Of a stretch of 64,000 bases of DNA, positions 51,571 through 64,000 are shown piece by piece. How positions within the stretch are numbered: the first letter of the stretch is position 1; each line of letters opens with the position of its first letter. The stretch is from the human T2T-CHM13v2.0 reference genome, Homo sapiens, in assembly GCF_009914755.1 (NCBI RefSeq), contig NC_060931.1. The stretch is one strand, 5' to 3'. Below the pieces are notes generated by a model. The model did not search any database and was not told the DNA's origin. It was given only the letters and a program-made list of their open reading frames with translations. Position numbers and translations under genes: made by a program.

Positions 51571-54500
51571 ATATTAACCAGACCTATCCTAGTTATACCT
51601 GGAAAACTAGTAATTATCCTAGGAGCTAAAATGAATGTTATGGAAGGACACACAAAGGAATCACATTTCCTATATTTCCAGTCATTCCTAAGTCCTCAGA
51701 GGCAGCAGAGGAGAGCACTCAGGAGTCTGCTTTGCAGCAAGGCAGCCCTGGGTTAAGATCCAGGCACCAAAACTTCCTAGCAGTGTGGCCTGGGGCATGT
51801 TACCTAATGTCTCTTACCTTCTGGTCTACATTTGCATAGAAAATGGGTGTGTGAATGACCTGGTTAGCCAAGTGCCCAGTACATCCTGGGTGTCCCCGCA
51901 TGGTAACTCACAGCGTTGTTCTTACTCCTTTAGGGGGCTAACCCTCTAATGCCTCTGGCCAAGGTGGGGTGGAAGGGACAGAGGGTCTCTCTTCAACCTG
52001 CTTCCAGAACTGTTTTATCTAATACAGCATAATTCCTGATTTGTTTTCCTCTTTAGGTAATCTTGATTTTTGGTATTTCTGAAAAGTCAACTCTACTGGA
52101 CTCTAGAATAGCTTTGGTCATCTGTTTCCACCTTGACTCTTGGGAGAGCATCTGATAGGACCTCGAGGGGCATACCGTCCCTTTCTGCCCTTCTCCCTCC
52201 AGAGTGCACGTTTCCATTTTCCAGTCCCATTAACACCACCGTTATCACAACTGCTAGGATTTTGCTAAGTACTTAAAGCAGAAAGAGGCCTGGATTAGAA
52301 TTCTGAATCCTTTTAATCTCTCTCTAGGTAAGTTTTGCCAGCCTAGTTTCTTAAAATGTCAAGTATTAAACTGCTTTTATCTCACTAATTAATAATTAGC
52401 TTTGGCAAGCAAGAAAGTAAAAGGCATGGCTGGATCTTTCTCAAAAATAAGATCCCGGATAGCAGACTAGGTATAAAACGCAAGGTGATGGCAAGATCAT
52501 TTGGATTCAAATAAAGCAGAAATCATGAGCTGAGTGTCCTTCCTCAGAGGATGGAACTGGGCGGGAGAGTTTCCATTACTCTCCCTGGAGAGAGGTCTGT
52601 GCACTGGTGGGTTTCCACAATGAGCGCTCTATACTTGAATGCCCTTAAAGACTAGAGGCAGTCTTTTCTATTGCTGCTTTGTAGCTTGGAAATCCCAGCT
52701 AGAGATGACTTTATGGGGTTGTATGGTCTAGACAAGAGGGTTACTCTTTGGTGAAATTGCTCCTTGGGGAGGTTACTGTGAAAAATTCCCATACAACTAA
52801 TTAGCATTCAGAAGGGCAGGCTACCGAGAGGGCGCTAGACTTTGGCAGAGGCCGCTGCTGGAAAGCCAGCATCCCCAGCTTTATCACCGACCACGTTTAT
52901 TTTCTTCCGTCAAAGCAAGGACAGGAAAGGGGAACGAGAGAGCTAGCGAAAAACACAACTCGAGGTAATGGTGGAGAACAAAAAATGAAGCCTGCCCATG
53001 GCTCCGAATGAGAGGTCAAGCCTTCTCCGAGAAATATGGAAATACCAAACTTTTTTTTGTTGTATATTTTCTACATAAAACATTTTCAGCTTTCTCAGCA
53101 GCTTCAGATCTTTGGAAGCGAACATGGAAAGGTATAACGGTCTGAACGGGGTATGGGGTAAAATGCTCCCCCAAATGTCAGCAAGTCATAGTTTTAAAAC
53201 CCAGAGGAACTCACAACTATTTTCACCTCAGGTTTTACAGGGCCAATAGAGGTAGGTGGTTGTATGTGTTCCTTCAATATGGGGAAGAAATAACTTTCAC
53301 CTACCCTAGGACTGAGCCAAGAGAAAACACCTGTCTAGAAAGCCTTGGGTTCTGGTCAGCTGACAAGTGGCCTCTGTGCAGGGATGTCAGCCTGTGCTCC
53401 CGAGTCTCATATCCAAATGCAAAACCCATTCTGGCAAGTCAGCATCTTCTCCAAGAAGCCCTTGGAGACCAGCCCTGCGCAGTGGCTTTCCTTGCCATAC
53501 GTGCTCTCAGATGATCTCACACTTACACAGACGTGGTTTTTTCACGTCTACGTTATTTGTGGGGATGCAGTTTCTTCTTCCTGTTGAGTTCATCAGGGTG
53601 TGGCACCTTCTCCACCTGCATTTCACCCTGATGGCCCTATGATTGTCTTGCACACTAAGTGCTTCACACCTAAGATGGAATAACTTAAGTATGCAAAGGG
53701 GGACCATCTACAAAAGAAGCCATATTTTAAAAAAGCATTTTTCTTCCTCTCTGTGGTTATGCTCCAGACATGGACTCTGTATGCATTCTGTTGATGCCGA
53801 GTCTGCAAGTGTTCCAGGGTCTGCAGGCCCAGAGGGAATTATATAGCTATGGCTCGATGGGGTCTCAGGAGTGAACTACGAACATGATGCAGTGTGATTA
53901 TGGAAACACACTTGCTGTTTTGTAGTGGCTGGAATGTGACTGAGAGGAATAAGCACTACAGTGGGAATCAAGAAGCTTGGACTGTGGTACTGTTTTATGC
54001 AATTTAGCTACATGTCCTCGACTCTACACTTATGAAGAGATGAGCCTAGATCACTTGTAGCCTTCCAAATTTTTTGACCATGATCCATTGAAAAATATAT
54101 TTTACATTACAACTCAGAAAACATCTAACACACACACACACACCCCATTTCCCCAGGTAATACTTATCCTTATGGAGTGTGAAACACTCTATTTTCTGTT
54201 TTTTTCTTGTCTTTCTAAAATGCTGGTTATATCTTACCAATTAATTTCATGACCCATCAATGAGATGTGACTTCAGTTTGAAAAAAGTATCCAAGATGAT
54301 CTCTGCATAAATTTCTGGTTCCCAAATTCCATATATGTAAAGATCTGATGCTATTTCATGCCATAGTGTTTTTCCTTCTTTGTTTTCTTTAATCGGGAGG
54401 AGTTCGGGGCAGTAACGCATTTTGTAAATTTAGGAGTGTTAAGGAATGACAACTTCCATAATGAAGCCATTGCCTCACCTGCCATTCTCCCAAGAATTCT

Positions 54501-55102
54501 CATCTAAGTGGTGGAATAGGGAATGGAGTCACTCTCTGGCCTCTTTGACCATCATTTTAAAAGAGAGCAGTAGGTGGAAACAGCCCCCTTCCGTTCATGT
54601 CACTAGAATCCCTGTTCTTACCAGGCAACAACTACTGAAATGGTTTGCAGCTTCCCCATTTTTAAGACATACATTATTATTTTTGTTGATCTGTTTTCCA
54701 TTCTTTTGAATATTCTGAGGACATTTGTACCGAACACAAAAGATGAACAGGAAGATCAACAACATGTTACAGCAATGCTGCTACTCTGTCAATGCATAGA
54801 TGGAGGCCAGAGATCTTAACACAGAACTCTCAGGAGTCTCTGAAACCTGTAATTCTTTTATTTCCAAAACATATGCAGTAAGACACGCATTTTAGTTGTT
54901 TTCTCATAACCATGATATTTTCACACTGACCTTGAGGGTAAGGCCAATCTTTGAGAATGTGATTTGTCCTATGTGTATGTTCCATTTCTTCATATCAAGC
55001 ATCCTCTCTTTTCTGAGAGTCAAGGGACCACATTACCTGTTGTTTGACATTTAGCTAGCTTCAAGGGCATGGTTCATGGCGCCAGGATGAAGCTAAGTCA
55101 AC

Positions 55103-55170
55103 TGGCCCACATGAGAATTAAACCCATGACCTCAGACTTATTAACACCATGCTCCTATCACCTGAGCTCC
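55103..55170 (-). mobile_element. Degenerate tRNA-Ile-derived sequence (MamSINE1-like head), not a functional tRNA
   Basis: - strand AGCTCAGGTGATAGGAGCATGGTGTTAATAAGTCTGAGGTCATGGGTTTAATTCTCATGTGGGCCA aligns to tRNA-Ile(AAT), but the stems and T-loop are broken. Confidence 0.55.
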
Positions 55171-55295
55171 AGTTTGCAAGCATCATGAACAGAGAGGGAA
55201 ATGACTTCTTATAAGACAACAATGAACAGGTATGCAGAACTGATACGCTTTAGTATCTTCTCTAAGATACTTAATGAGTTAGTATCATTTAGTAT

Positions 55296-55443
55296 CTAAC
55301 TTCATCATGGTGAATTTTAGGGAGACTTTCAACACAATAATGGTCTAAAACTTGGTGGAATATTAGAAAGTAACCATTTAAAAGGGTGGGGCCTGCTCAA
55401 GATATAGGGTCATGATCACGCCTCAAAAACACCATCCTACATT
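55296..55443 (+). repeat. ~148-bp dispersed direct duplication, copy 1
   Basis: Near-identical to 57266-57415 (CTAACTTCATCATGGTGAATTT...AAAAACACCATCCTACATT). Confidence 0.92.
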
Positions 55444-56107
55444 TAGTATCTTAGAAAAGATACTAAAAGTACATTTATTTAATATCTTAGAAAATATACT
55501 TGAATGAGAGGAACCAATGAAAAAATATTAATTTGGCATCTAAGTAACAATATGGTTTATTAGGTTAATAAATTCAGACCACTCAGAACACTACAGACAA
55601 GAACCTGCGAACACTCTGAAGGAGCCACAAATTGCCATCTTCTGGAAGATAACAAAAGAGGCAAAATGTACTGAGAACACATCCATTCACTTTTCAGTCC
55701 TGCCATCTTTCCAAAATATACTATTATATAATAGAAAACACACAGTAAATACAAATTCTAGGAGGCTGTTAGATGCTATTTTTAAGAGGCACAGCTACCA
55801 CAAAGATGGAGCTACTTTCAAGTTTATATATAGCATAATTCATTTTCCAGTTTACCCTCCTTGCTTGACAGAATTAAAATGACAATGTTCATCAGTGTGC
55901 CACATTTATAGCTTTAGCTAAAGGTCTCCCACATGGCAAAGGACAAGCTTTCTAGTCCTGGCAAAACTTCCATTTTTGACGATGCCAAGAAACACATATT
56001 TGTTGGAAAGCAAAAAAGGGAAGGAAAAAAAATCCTTTTTGGAATATTTATTACTTATTCATTTTAGAAAACAGAGCCCTATAGATTACTTACAAATGTG
56101 TTAACTA

Positions 56108-56407
<300 letters not shown>

Positions 56408-56422
56408 CTAGATTTTACTAAA

Positions 56423-56728
56423 CTTTGCTTTGTTTTGAGACAGGGTCTTGCTCTGTTGCCCAGGCTGAAGTGCAGTGGTGCAATCTAGGCTCACTGCAGC
56501 CTCAATCTCCCAGGCTCAGGTGATCCTCCTGCCTCAGCCTCCTGAGTAGCTAGGACCACAGGCACATGCCACTGCACCTGGCTAATTTAAAAACAGTTAT
56601 TTGCAGAGACAGGGTCCCCCTGTGTTACCGTGGCTGGTCCTGAACTCCTGGGCTCAAGTGCCTCAGGCCTCACCTGCCTTGGCCTCCCAAATTGTTGGGA
56701 TTATAGGCGTGAGCCACTGTGCCTGGCC
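56423..56728 (-). mobile_element. Alu (AluJ-like)
   Basis: Antisense Alu lying tail-to-tail with the preceding one. Confidence 0.92.
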
Positions 56729-57265
56729 TGAACTTTTAATTTACTATTTACTTGGCAAGTACTGCGTATTAGTTACCAAAGGTTTATTTATGTTTCTGTA
56801 ATGCATATTTATTATACAGTTATTCCAGAAATGGTCTCATTTTTCTTTGATTTAAAGAAAAAGCCAATTTTTATATTTGCAGTTACTTCATAATTTTATG
56901 GTTTTAGTTTCCAAAAGGGGCCTATTCATCTCCCGGGGAGGGGGCATGGGGAACCCTTCCAGATTAAGGTGCATGGCCCACAGGTGGTGGCAGTAGCCCA
57001 TCTAGCCCTTCAGAACCAACTCCAGTCAAGATCCCCTTGGTAGCTCACTCACAACTAAGTTGTGACATTTTAATTGCATGCTTTTAAATATTAACCATTT
57101 GTCAAGTTTTGTTAGTCTTAATTTTCCTTTACACGCAACATAGCATAAATTATATATACTGGTATTACAGAAACCAAGTGGCTTTAATTAAACACTTTTT
57201 TCAAAGAATGCTTCCTTTTAATGGCAGTGAAATACCATTCATAGCATCTAAGTGCTCTGCCAAAA

Positions 57266-57415
57266 CTAACTTCATCATGGTGAATTTCAGGGAGACTTTC
57301 AACACAATAATGGTCCAGAACTTGGTGGAATATTAGAAAGTAACCATTTAAAAGGGTGGGGGCCTGCTCAAGATATGGGAGTCACGATCATGTCTCAAAA
57401 ACACCATCCTACATT
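57266..57415 (+). repeat. ~150-bp dispersed direct duplication, copy 2
   Basis: Near-identical to 55296-55443. Confidence 0.92.
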
Positions 57416-59859
57416 GATGGTCCAGCATCAGTCCCCGTAACTGTTAGCACACTGTTAGTTCAGCCTGGATAACCCCAGACAGTTCTGTCTAGAGGAGGAG
57501 AGCTGAGGATGCACCAACAGAAATGCATATCGAGGGCCTTTCCACCCCTGAATTTAAGACTCTAGGCAGCCATTTTCAAGTCAAACATTCTGATGAGACT
57601 TTTAACTATACAGTGACACAGCTTATCTTAGAGAGCTCACATGAAAACAGATCACATGAAAAGCACCACTTCATTTGCCAGAAAGAAGTCTGCTTGACTT
57701 TTATTTTTTATTTAAAAATTTTGGTAATTTTGAAATAGGAATCTATGTGAAAAATAAAAAATGCATCCAGTCTCAGGCTGTAAGGAAACATCTTAGTTGG
57801 TAGACAATGTCAGGGACCGACTAATTCATTCAAAATTATTCAGGCTCCCTGAGAATGATTTGTCCTGGGGCCTGTAACTACTTAGAATACTCTGGCTGCC
57901 TTAAAATAAAACTGAAGAATTGGGGTACTGAGATAGAAAACACAGTACATCATGAGATCAGTAGATGTCAAATTCATATACAGTTGTCCCCCAACCAACT
58001 TTAGTTTCTTATGGTTGATTTTACCTATGTGTTCCATACCAAGCAGAGCCTAATTGGCTTGTTTTTTTTTTTTAAACAAAAAAACAAAAAACAAAAACTT
58101 ATTCAGCCTAGTGGAATATGAAATAAATCTTTGATGTGATAAGATCAACCCAACTTGTTACAGCTAAATATGAATTAACACCAGTCCAATTTTCCAAGGA
58201 GGAACTATGTAATTTTGGTTGCAAGGTGCCAGACATGCACAATCTCTTTGTCCATGGTCCCAGAAAGGTTCTAGCAACTTCAGTTTCTTCCTGCCTGTCA
58301 AATACCACTTGTTCTGAGTGCATTTCCAACATCTGACACAAGTCCTGGGACAGGAGCAGTGAGATTCTGTCCCTTGTCTTTTTAGCAAAAACAAATTAGC
58401 TTAAAGCATTCTCAGTTTTCTGCAGGTTCTTTAATGCTGTGCAGCTGGGTGTGCCTGGGGATCATTTTATTGTTAAAACTTGAGCCACATGGAAAAGACA
58501 TTAAAACAAGTTTGCCGCCGTGATACTCATGAAGATGAAAGGGCTTCTCTGATTTTAATATGCCGTGTTTTAGACTGGTGGTGGCAGGGACGGGGGTGTG
58601 GAGAAAAGGTGTCTTTGGAAATATATGAGTTTGTCTGGGCTGTGAATTCTTCAGGTGCTAAATCTACATCACCTTCACAAGGGAGGTGTATGGCAGTCTC
58701 GGGCGTCTGTTTGTTTATTCATATTTTCAGTAGAATCCACACCATTTTCCAGGCTTACAATATGTTGCTCTCTTTAGCACTCATATTTCAGTTCTGGTTT
58801 GTGCTTCCAAAGGAAAATTACTGAGAAGTGTGCACTGATGGATGTTGGCATATGAGTGAGCTCTGGACGTTGGCTTAAAAAGATGGCATTCTTTCTTGGG
58901 GAGACAGGGTGTGAGCAGCACAGTCTTAATGTGTGCTCTTTAAAACAACTTTACCTTGTGATCTTTTTTGATATTTTTTTGGCCAATGCAGAGACCCCTG
59001 CTGGGACAAAGAAAAAGCAGCTAGGACCTAGGACCAATGCCTCACCACTAACCGTGTTTCTAGCACGAAGTGAAATATGGCTGTAAAGACCTTTGAGATT
59101 TCTTATGGGAATTCTTAACAGTGGACATACTATTTTTATTGAGTTTGATTAAACAACACAGTTAATAGTAGAGATGAAATTCAGGTTTTTAACTAAATGT
59201 AAATGGTCAAGTGTGGTATAGGATCACTTTGCATGAACATTATAAAAAATAACACAGAAACACTGAATTATTGGCTTTCTGTTAGTACAGATATTAAATC
59301 TGAGGATTTAAGTGCCTGCCCGTCAGAGAAACTGGACTACTTAGAGTTTCTGAGGATGTGCTCAACATGGACTGAACCTGGGCGGCTTTAATTTTCTTTC
59401 TGGTAATATTCTCAATGTAAGGAAGCACTCTTTATCTCATGGGAAACAAAACACTTTGGGTATTGGAAGACGTAGGTGCTGTAAGTTCTATCAGAAACAC
59501 TTTCAGTCATTAACCAATTCTCAACTGTGTCACTGGACTGAGAGTTTGGCAACAGCCCTTCTTTATCTTTTCTTCTCTGCTCCTTCTCTCTACTTAATAT
59601 GTCCCGTAACTGGTTTATTTGTCCATGTTACTGCTTCCTTAGTGTTGCCATGCTAAGGATGAAGAATTCCGCCTACTGTCTTTCTTCAATGAACAGGAAA
59701 TTCCAGAGATTTTCAAACTCAAACTACTGCATGTATTTACTTCATTGTTCCTAAATGAATTGTTTATAAGAGCGGAAATGCTATTTGCTAGTTCAAAGAG
59801 TGACTGGAAGTTGTGGACTCCTGTTCTTCATTCCTGCCTGAGCAACCACTCTTTTGTTT

Positions 59860-60635
59860 CAATTAAGGTAAGATTTACACACACTGAAATGCACAAATCT
59901 TAAGTGCATGCTTGTTTTTTTCTGAGACAGGGTCTCACTCTGTCACCCAATCACAGCTCACTGCAGCTGCGACCTCCTGGACTCAAGCCATCCTCCCTGC
60001 CTCAGCCCCGAGTAACTGGGACTACAGGCATGTGCCACCACACCCAGCTAATTTTTTGATTTTCGTAGAGACCAGGTCTCACTATGATGACCAGGTTGGT
60101 CTCAAACTCCTGGGCTCGACTAATTCTCCCACCTCAGCCTCCCGTGCTGGGATAACAGGTGTGGGCCACTGCATCGGGCAGGTATATAATTGGATGAGCT
60201 TGATAAATGTATACATTTGTGAAACCAACATCCCAATCAAGACACAGAATATATCCATCACTCAAGAAAGTTCCCTTGTCCACACCTTCCTCCTCACATA
60301 CTCAAGTTAACTATGGTACTGATTTCTGTCACTGCAGGTTGGTTTGCCTGTACTTGAACTTCATGAGTACCCTTTGTGTCAGGCTTAACTTGCTCAGCAT
60401 AATGTTTTTGAGATTCATCCATTTGTTGTGTGTGTATCAGTACTTTCTTTTTATTGCTAAATTATACTCCACTGTCTGGATATATCACAGTTTACCCATT
60501 TATCTGTGGATGAACTACTTATCATTTTGGGGCTACTGTGAATAAAGGTGCTATATACATCCTTGTATCCGTCTTTTGTGGATACATGTTTTCACTCCTC
60601 TTTGGTAAATACCTAGAGTGGAAGTGCTGGGTCAA
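59860..60635 (-). mobile_element. Old L1 (L1MB/MC-like) 3' fragment containing an antisense AluJ-like element at ~59912-60179
   Basis: AAATGCACAAATCTTAAGTG...TTTTTGAGATTCATCCAT...GGTAAATACCTAG is L1 antisense text, interrupted by Alu sequence. Confidence 0.75.
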
Positions 60636-62554
60636 CATCACTCAGCTCTGTGGCCCCGAGGAACCTATATCACACCTCTGTCAGTTTCACTCTCTCTGCC
60701 GGGCGGAGGGATAATGAGATCTGCTCCCCTCTCCCCTCAGAGCAGGTTTGAGGACATTCTCTGCTCTGCACAGGAAGGAGGGGAGGGAGTTTCAGAGACA
60801 CTATAGTCAAAACTCCCCCGGTTCTAAAGACTTTGAGATGCCCTTTACATGGCCCCCTGACCTTGATTTAAATATTACCAGTGGGATGTTCAATTCTACA
60901 CACCTTAAAGGGAATCTGAAATGTAAAAGTACCCCAAATTGGATAGCACAAAGGGGTGTCCCCCCATTCCCAACTGTGATGATGGCTGGGCCTATGTGGG
61001 CACATCCTTCAACAAGAAAGGGGACAGAGCTCCTTCACCAGTGTGTTCACCTGCTGGAAACATCCAGTGCTCTGTTTCTTAGTACTCTGAGTCTCCACAT
61101 TTAAAAGGGTTATTGCTACCTTTACTAAAATAACAACCAGGATATAAAAATTGGTCAACTTGCTCCATCTTCACTTCTGCCACCCCTGGCTATAAAATGA
61201 TAATCTTAAATGCTTCTGTGTTAATAACAACAGTGTCATTTCCCCCCATTTCTAAATTGGGTTGTCCTTTCATTGTTGAATTGTAGGAGTTCTGTACGTA
61301 TTCTAGATATGAGGCCTTTATCAGACACATGGCTTGCAAATATTTTCACCTATTCTGATTGTTGTCGCAATTTCTTGATAGTGTCCTTTAAAGCACACAC
61401 TTCTTTAGTGTTGCCGAAGTCCAACTTCCATTTTTTTTTTCCTTTGGTCCCACAGACACTTTAGATATAGTGTTTGTATCCATTCTGACAAGAAAATGAC
61501 CCCATCTCCTTCCTGAAAATTTATCCATGTCCAGAGCAGTCATTAGCAAATACCACCTGTAATGCACATTCCTGGAATCAGCCTTCTCTGAGGTTAGTGC
61601 AGACCAAAAATAAACATGCACAAGCAGCCCTCGCCAGGGCTGGTGAAATATTGTCTGCCCAAAAAGGCTGGATTCAGCTTAGAGCAAAAAATGTTTTGAT
61701 TTACATGTGCTATATAGCTATTTCTAGAAGCCCTAACTAACCTGACAACATAAGCCATTTCCACCATTGACAGTCAACACTTCCTGAACACATGGGGCTT
61801 ATTTACTAATGCAGGGTATCTTGAAAGCAGAGCGGGGATATTCCTATGCTGATTTATTTTCTGAACTGGTGGTTTAAGTAGAATCAGTGTAAACACAGCA
61901 GTTGTTCCTGGCCCTATCCTTATTTTATTAATCCTCACAGTAAAGTAAACACTGCCTCCATTACACAGATGAGGAAACTGAGGCTTGAGAAGGTTTAAGT
62001 CCATCTGTCTCTCAAGCAGCAGAACCAAGAATTGGATCGAGACCCCTTTGGTGTCAAGGACTCTTAGCACTTTACTTCTGTGCTCCCAGAGTTCTGGAGG
62101 GTCTCCCAGAAAACTCTAGATTTGCATACCACCTTTAGTCAACACATCCAGGTCTGCTCACTAATTCCCTAACCTGACACATTCCATAATCATGGACTAT
62201 AAAATTGTTTGCCCAAATCACTTTCCCTATGATCTCACCTTATTCCAACTCCTTTGGAACTTACATTTGCCTTGCAATTATCTATGACATTTTATGGGTG
62301 TGAATATACATCTTTTAATTGCATTGAAACAGCGTAGAATGACCCCATGTGTATCTCTATATTGTCTTATTAATCATCTGTGCTAATGTAGCCCATGTGT
62401 GTATACATCATGTTCATTAGTTGTCTGTTCCACAAGCATATGTTGCCTGCTTCTATTAAGGGATGTAAGTTCTAAACCACAAAGGCTATGCCTTATGCTT
62501 TTCTGTATCCCCAATACTTGGCACAGTGCCTTATAACAAGATAGATGCTCAGAT

Positions 62555-63040
62555 AAATGTTCATTGCAGCACTATTCACGATAGCAAAGACATGGAATCA
62601 ACCCAGATGCCCATCAATGATAGACTGGATAAAGAAAATGTGGTACGTATACACCATGGCATACTATGCAGCCATAAAAAAGAATGAGATCATGTACTTT
62701 GCAGGGACTTGAATGGAGCTGGAGGCCATCATCCTTAGGAAGCTAACACAGGAACAGAAAACCAAATACTGCATGTTCTTACTTATAAGTGGGAGCCAAA
62801 TGATGAGAAAGAGCTAAATGATGAGAATACATGGACACATACGGGAAATTATACATACTGGGGCCTTTCGGAGGGTGGAGGGTAAAGGGTGGGAGGAGGG
62901 AGAGGATCAGGAAAAATAATTAATGGGTACTAGGGTTAATACCTGGGCGATGAAATAATCTGGACAATAAACCCCCATGACACAAGTTTACCTATATAAG
63001 AAACCTGCATTTGTACCCTGGACTTAAAATAAAAGTTAAT
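62555..63040 (+). mobile_element. Primate L1 3' fragment (L1PA13-16-like)
   Basis: ATGTTCATTGCAGCACTATTCAC...GGATAAAGAAAATGTGG...ACTTAAAATAAAAGTTAA. Confidence 0.85.
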
Positions 63041-63162
63041 AATACTTGCCTTGTGTCCCATCAAGTATTAACAAGGATCAAATTAGATGGTGAATGTGAA
63101 TGCTGTTGTGCACTATAAGGTTAGAAAAAGATCTATTATGATTACAGATCACCACTGATTTG

Positions 63163-63473
<311 letters not shown>

Positions 63474-64000
63474 TGATTGTTTTCTTCAAGTCAAAAAAAT
63501 GTTTTGTTTGGGAAGGTTTTTTTCTAAGTGGTATAGCTGTGGAAAAACAAATAAAATCCTATTTCCTTGTTGCCATCCTCACTCCAACATTTTCAGTAGC
63601 AAGAAGAGATTAAAAATAAGTGGCTGCAGAAGATGCTGGGGAAGCAGAATTAGCCATAAGACTCGACCATGACACTCAGGCAGAGGAATAAAGGTTTTTA
63701 CTAGTCAATCAAAAAGGAAGAGGAAGAGACAAGGATTAGAACAGAGTAGTATATAAACAAGCAAATAAACTGTAGGCCAGGAAAGGGTCTTTCAGTGACC
63801 TACAGAACACAGGCGGAGAATATAGCAACATCTTCTCATTCTCCAGCTACAAAAGCGGGTATTTATGTGAAAAGGGAAATGTAAATCAGATCAATACGAA
63901 GATTTTAGGGAACGTTGCTTAGGTATCATGCAGACATCCAACTCTTTAGGGAGAATTTGTTAGAAAAACCAAATCACAGCCTCAGGAATTCATATCACAA

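Noticed and set aside
55103-55170. Possible tRNA-Ile gene
   Set aside because: The T-loop (GTTTAA instead of GTTCGA) and the stems are disrupted; SINE-derived remnant.

Overview
Human (primate) genomic DNA that I recognise as the convergent TAX1BP1/JAZF1 locus (7p15, near the HOXA cluster). The + strand carries the last two coding exons of TAX1BP1 (3447-3529 and 4337-4538, encoding the tandem UBZ zinc fingers) and its 3' UTR. The - strand carries the last two exons of JAZF1 (16407-16576 and 8509-8685, plus a ~2.2 kb 3' UTR). Everything from 16577 to the end is one large JAZF1 intron (intron 3 by established exon numbering). It is filled with Alus, L1, L2 and MIR pieces and a nested stack: MER6, containing a 5'-inverted L1PA7-like element, containing a solo LTR12C. 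Apart from the two JAZF1 exons and the decayed L1 fragments, the ORF track is noise, and it misses both TAX1BP1 exons. I found no new protein-coding system. The most notable observations are: an intact LTR12C promoter oriented sense to JAZF1 upstream of exon 4; two local templated-insertion scars, one flanked by hairpin inverted repeats; a TSD-flanked mini retrocopy inside a MER5A; and a Z-DNA/cruciform tract. Repeat family names come from recalled consensus sequences, not from a search.
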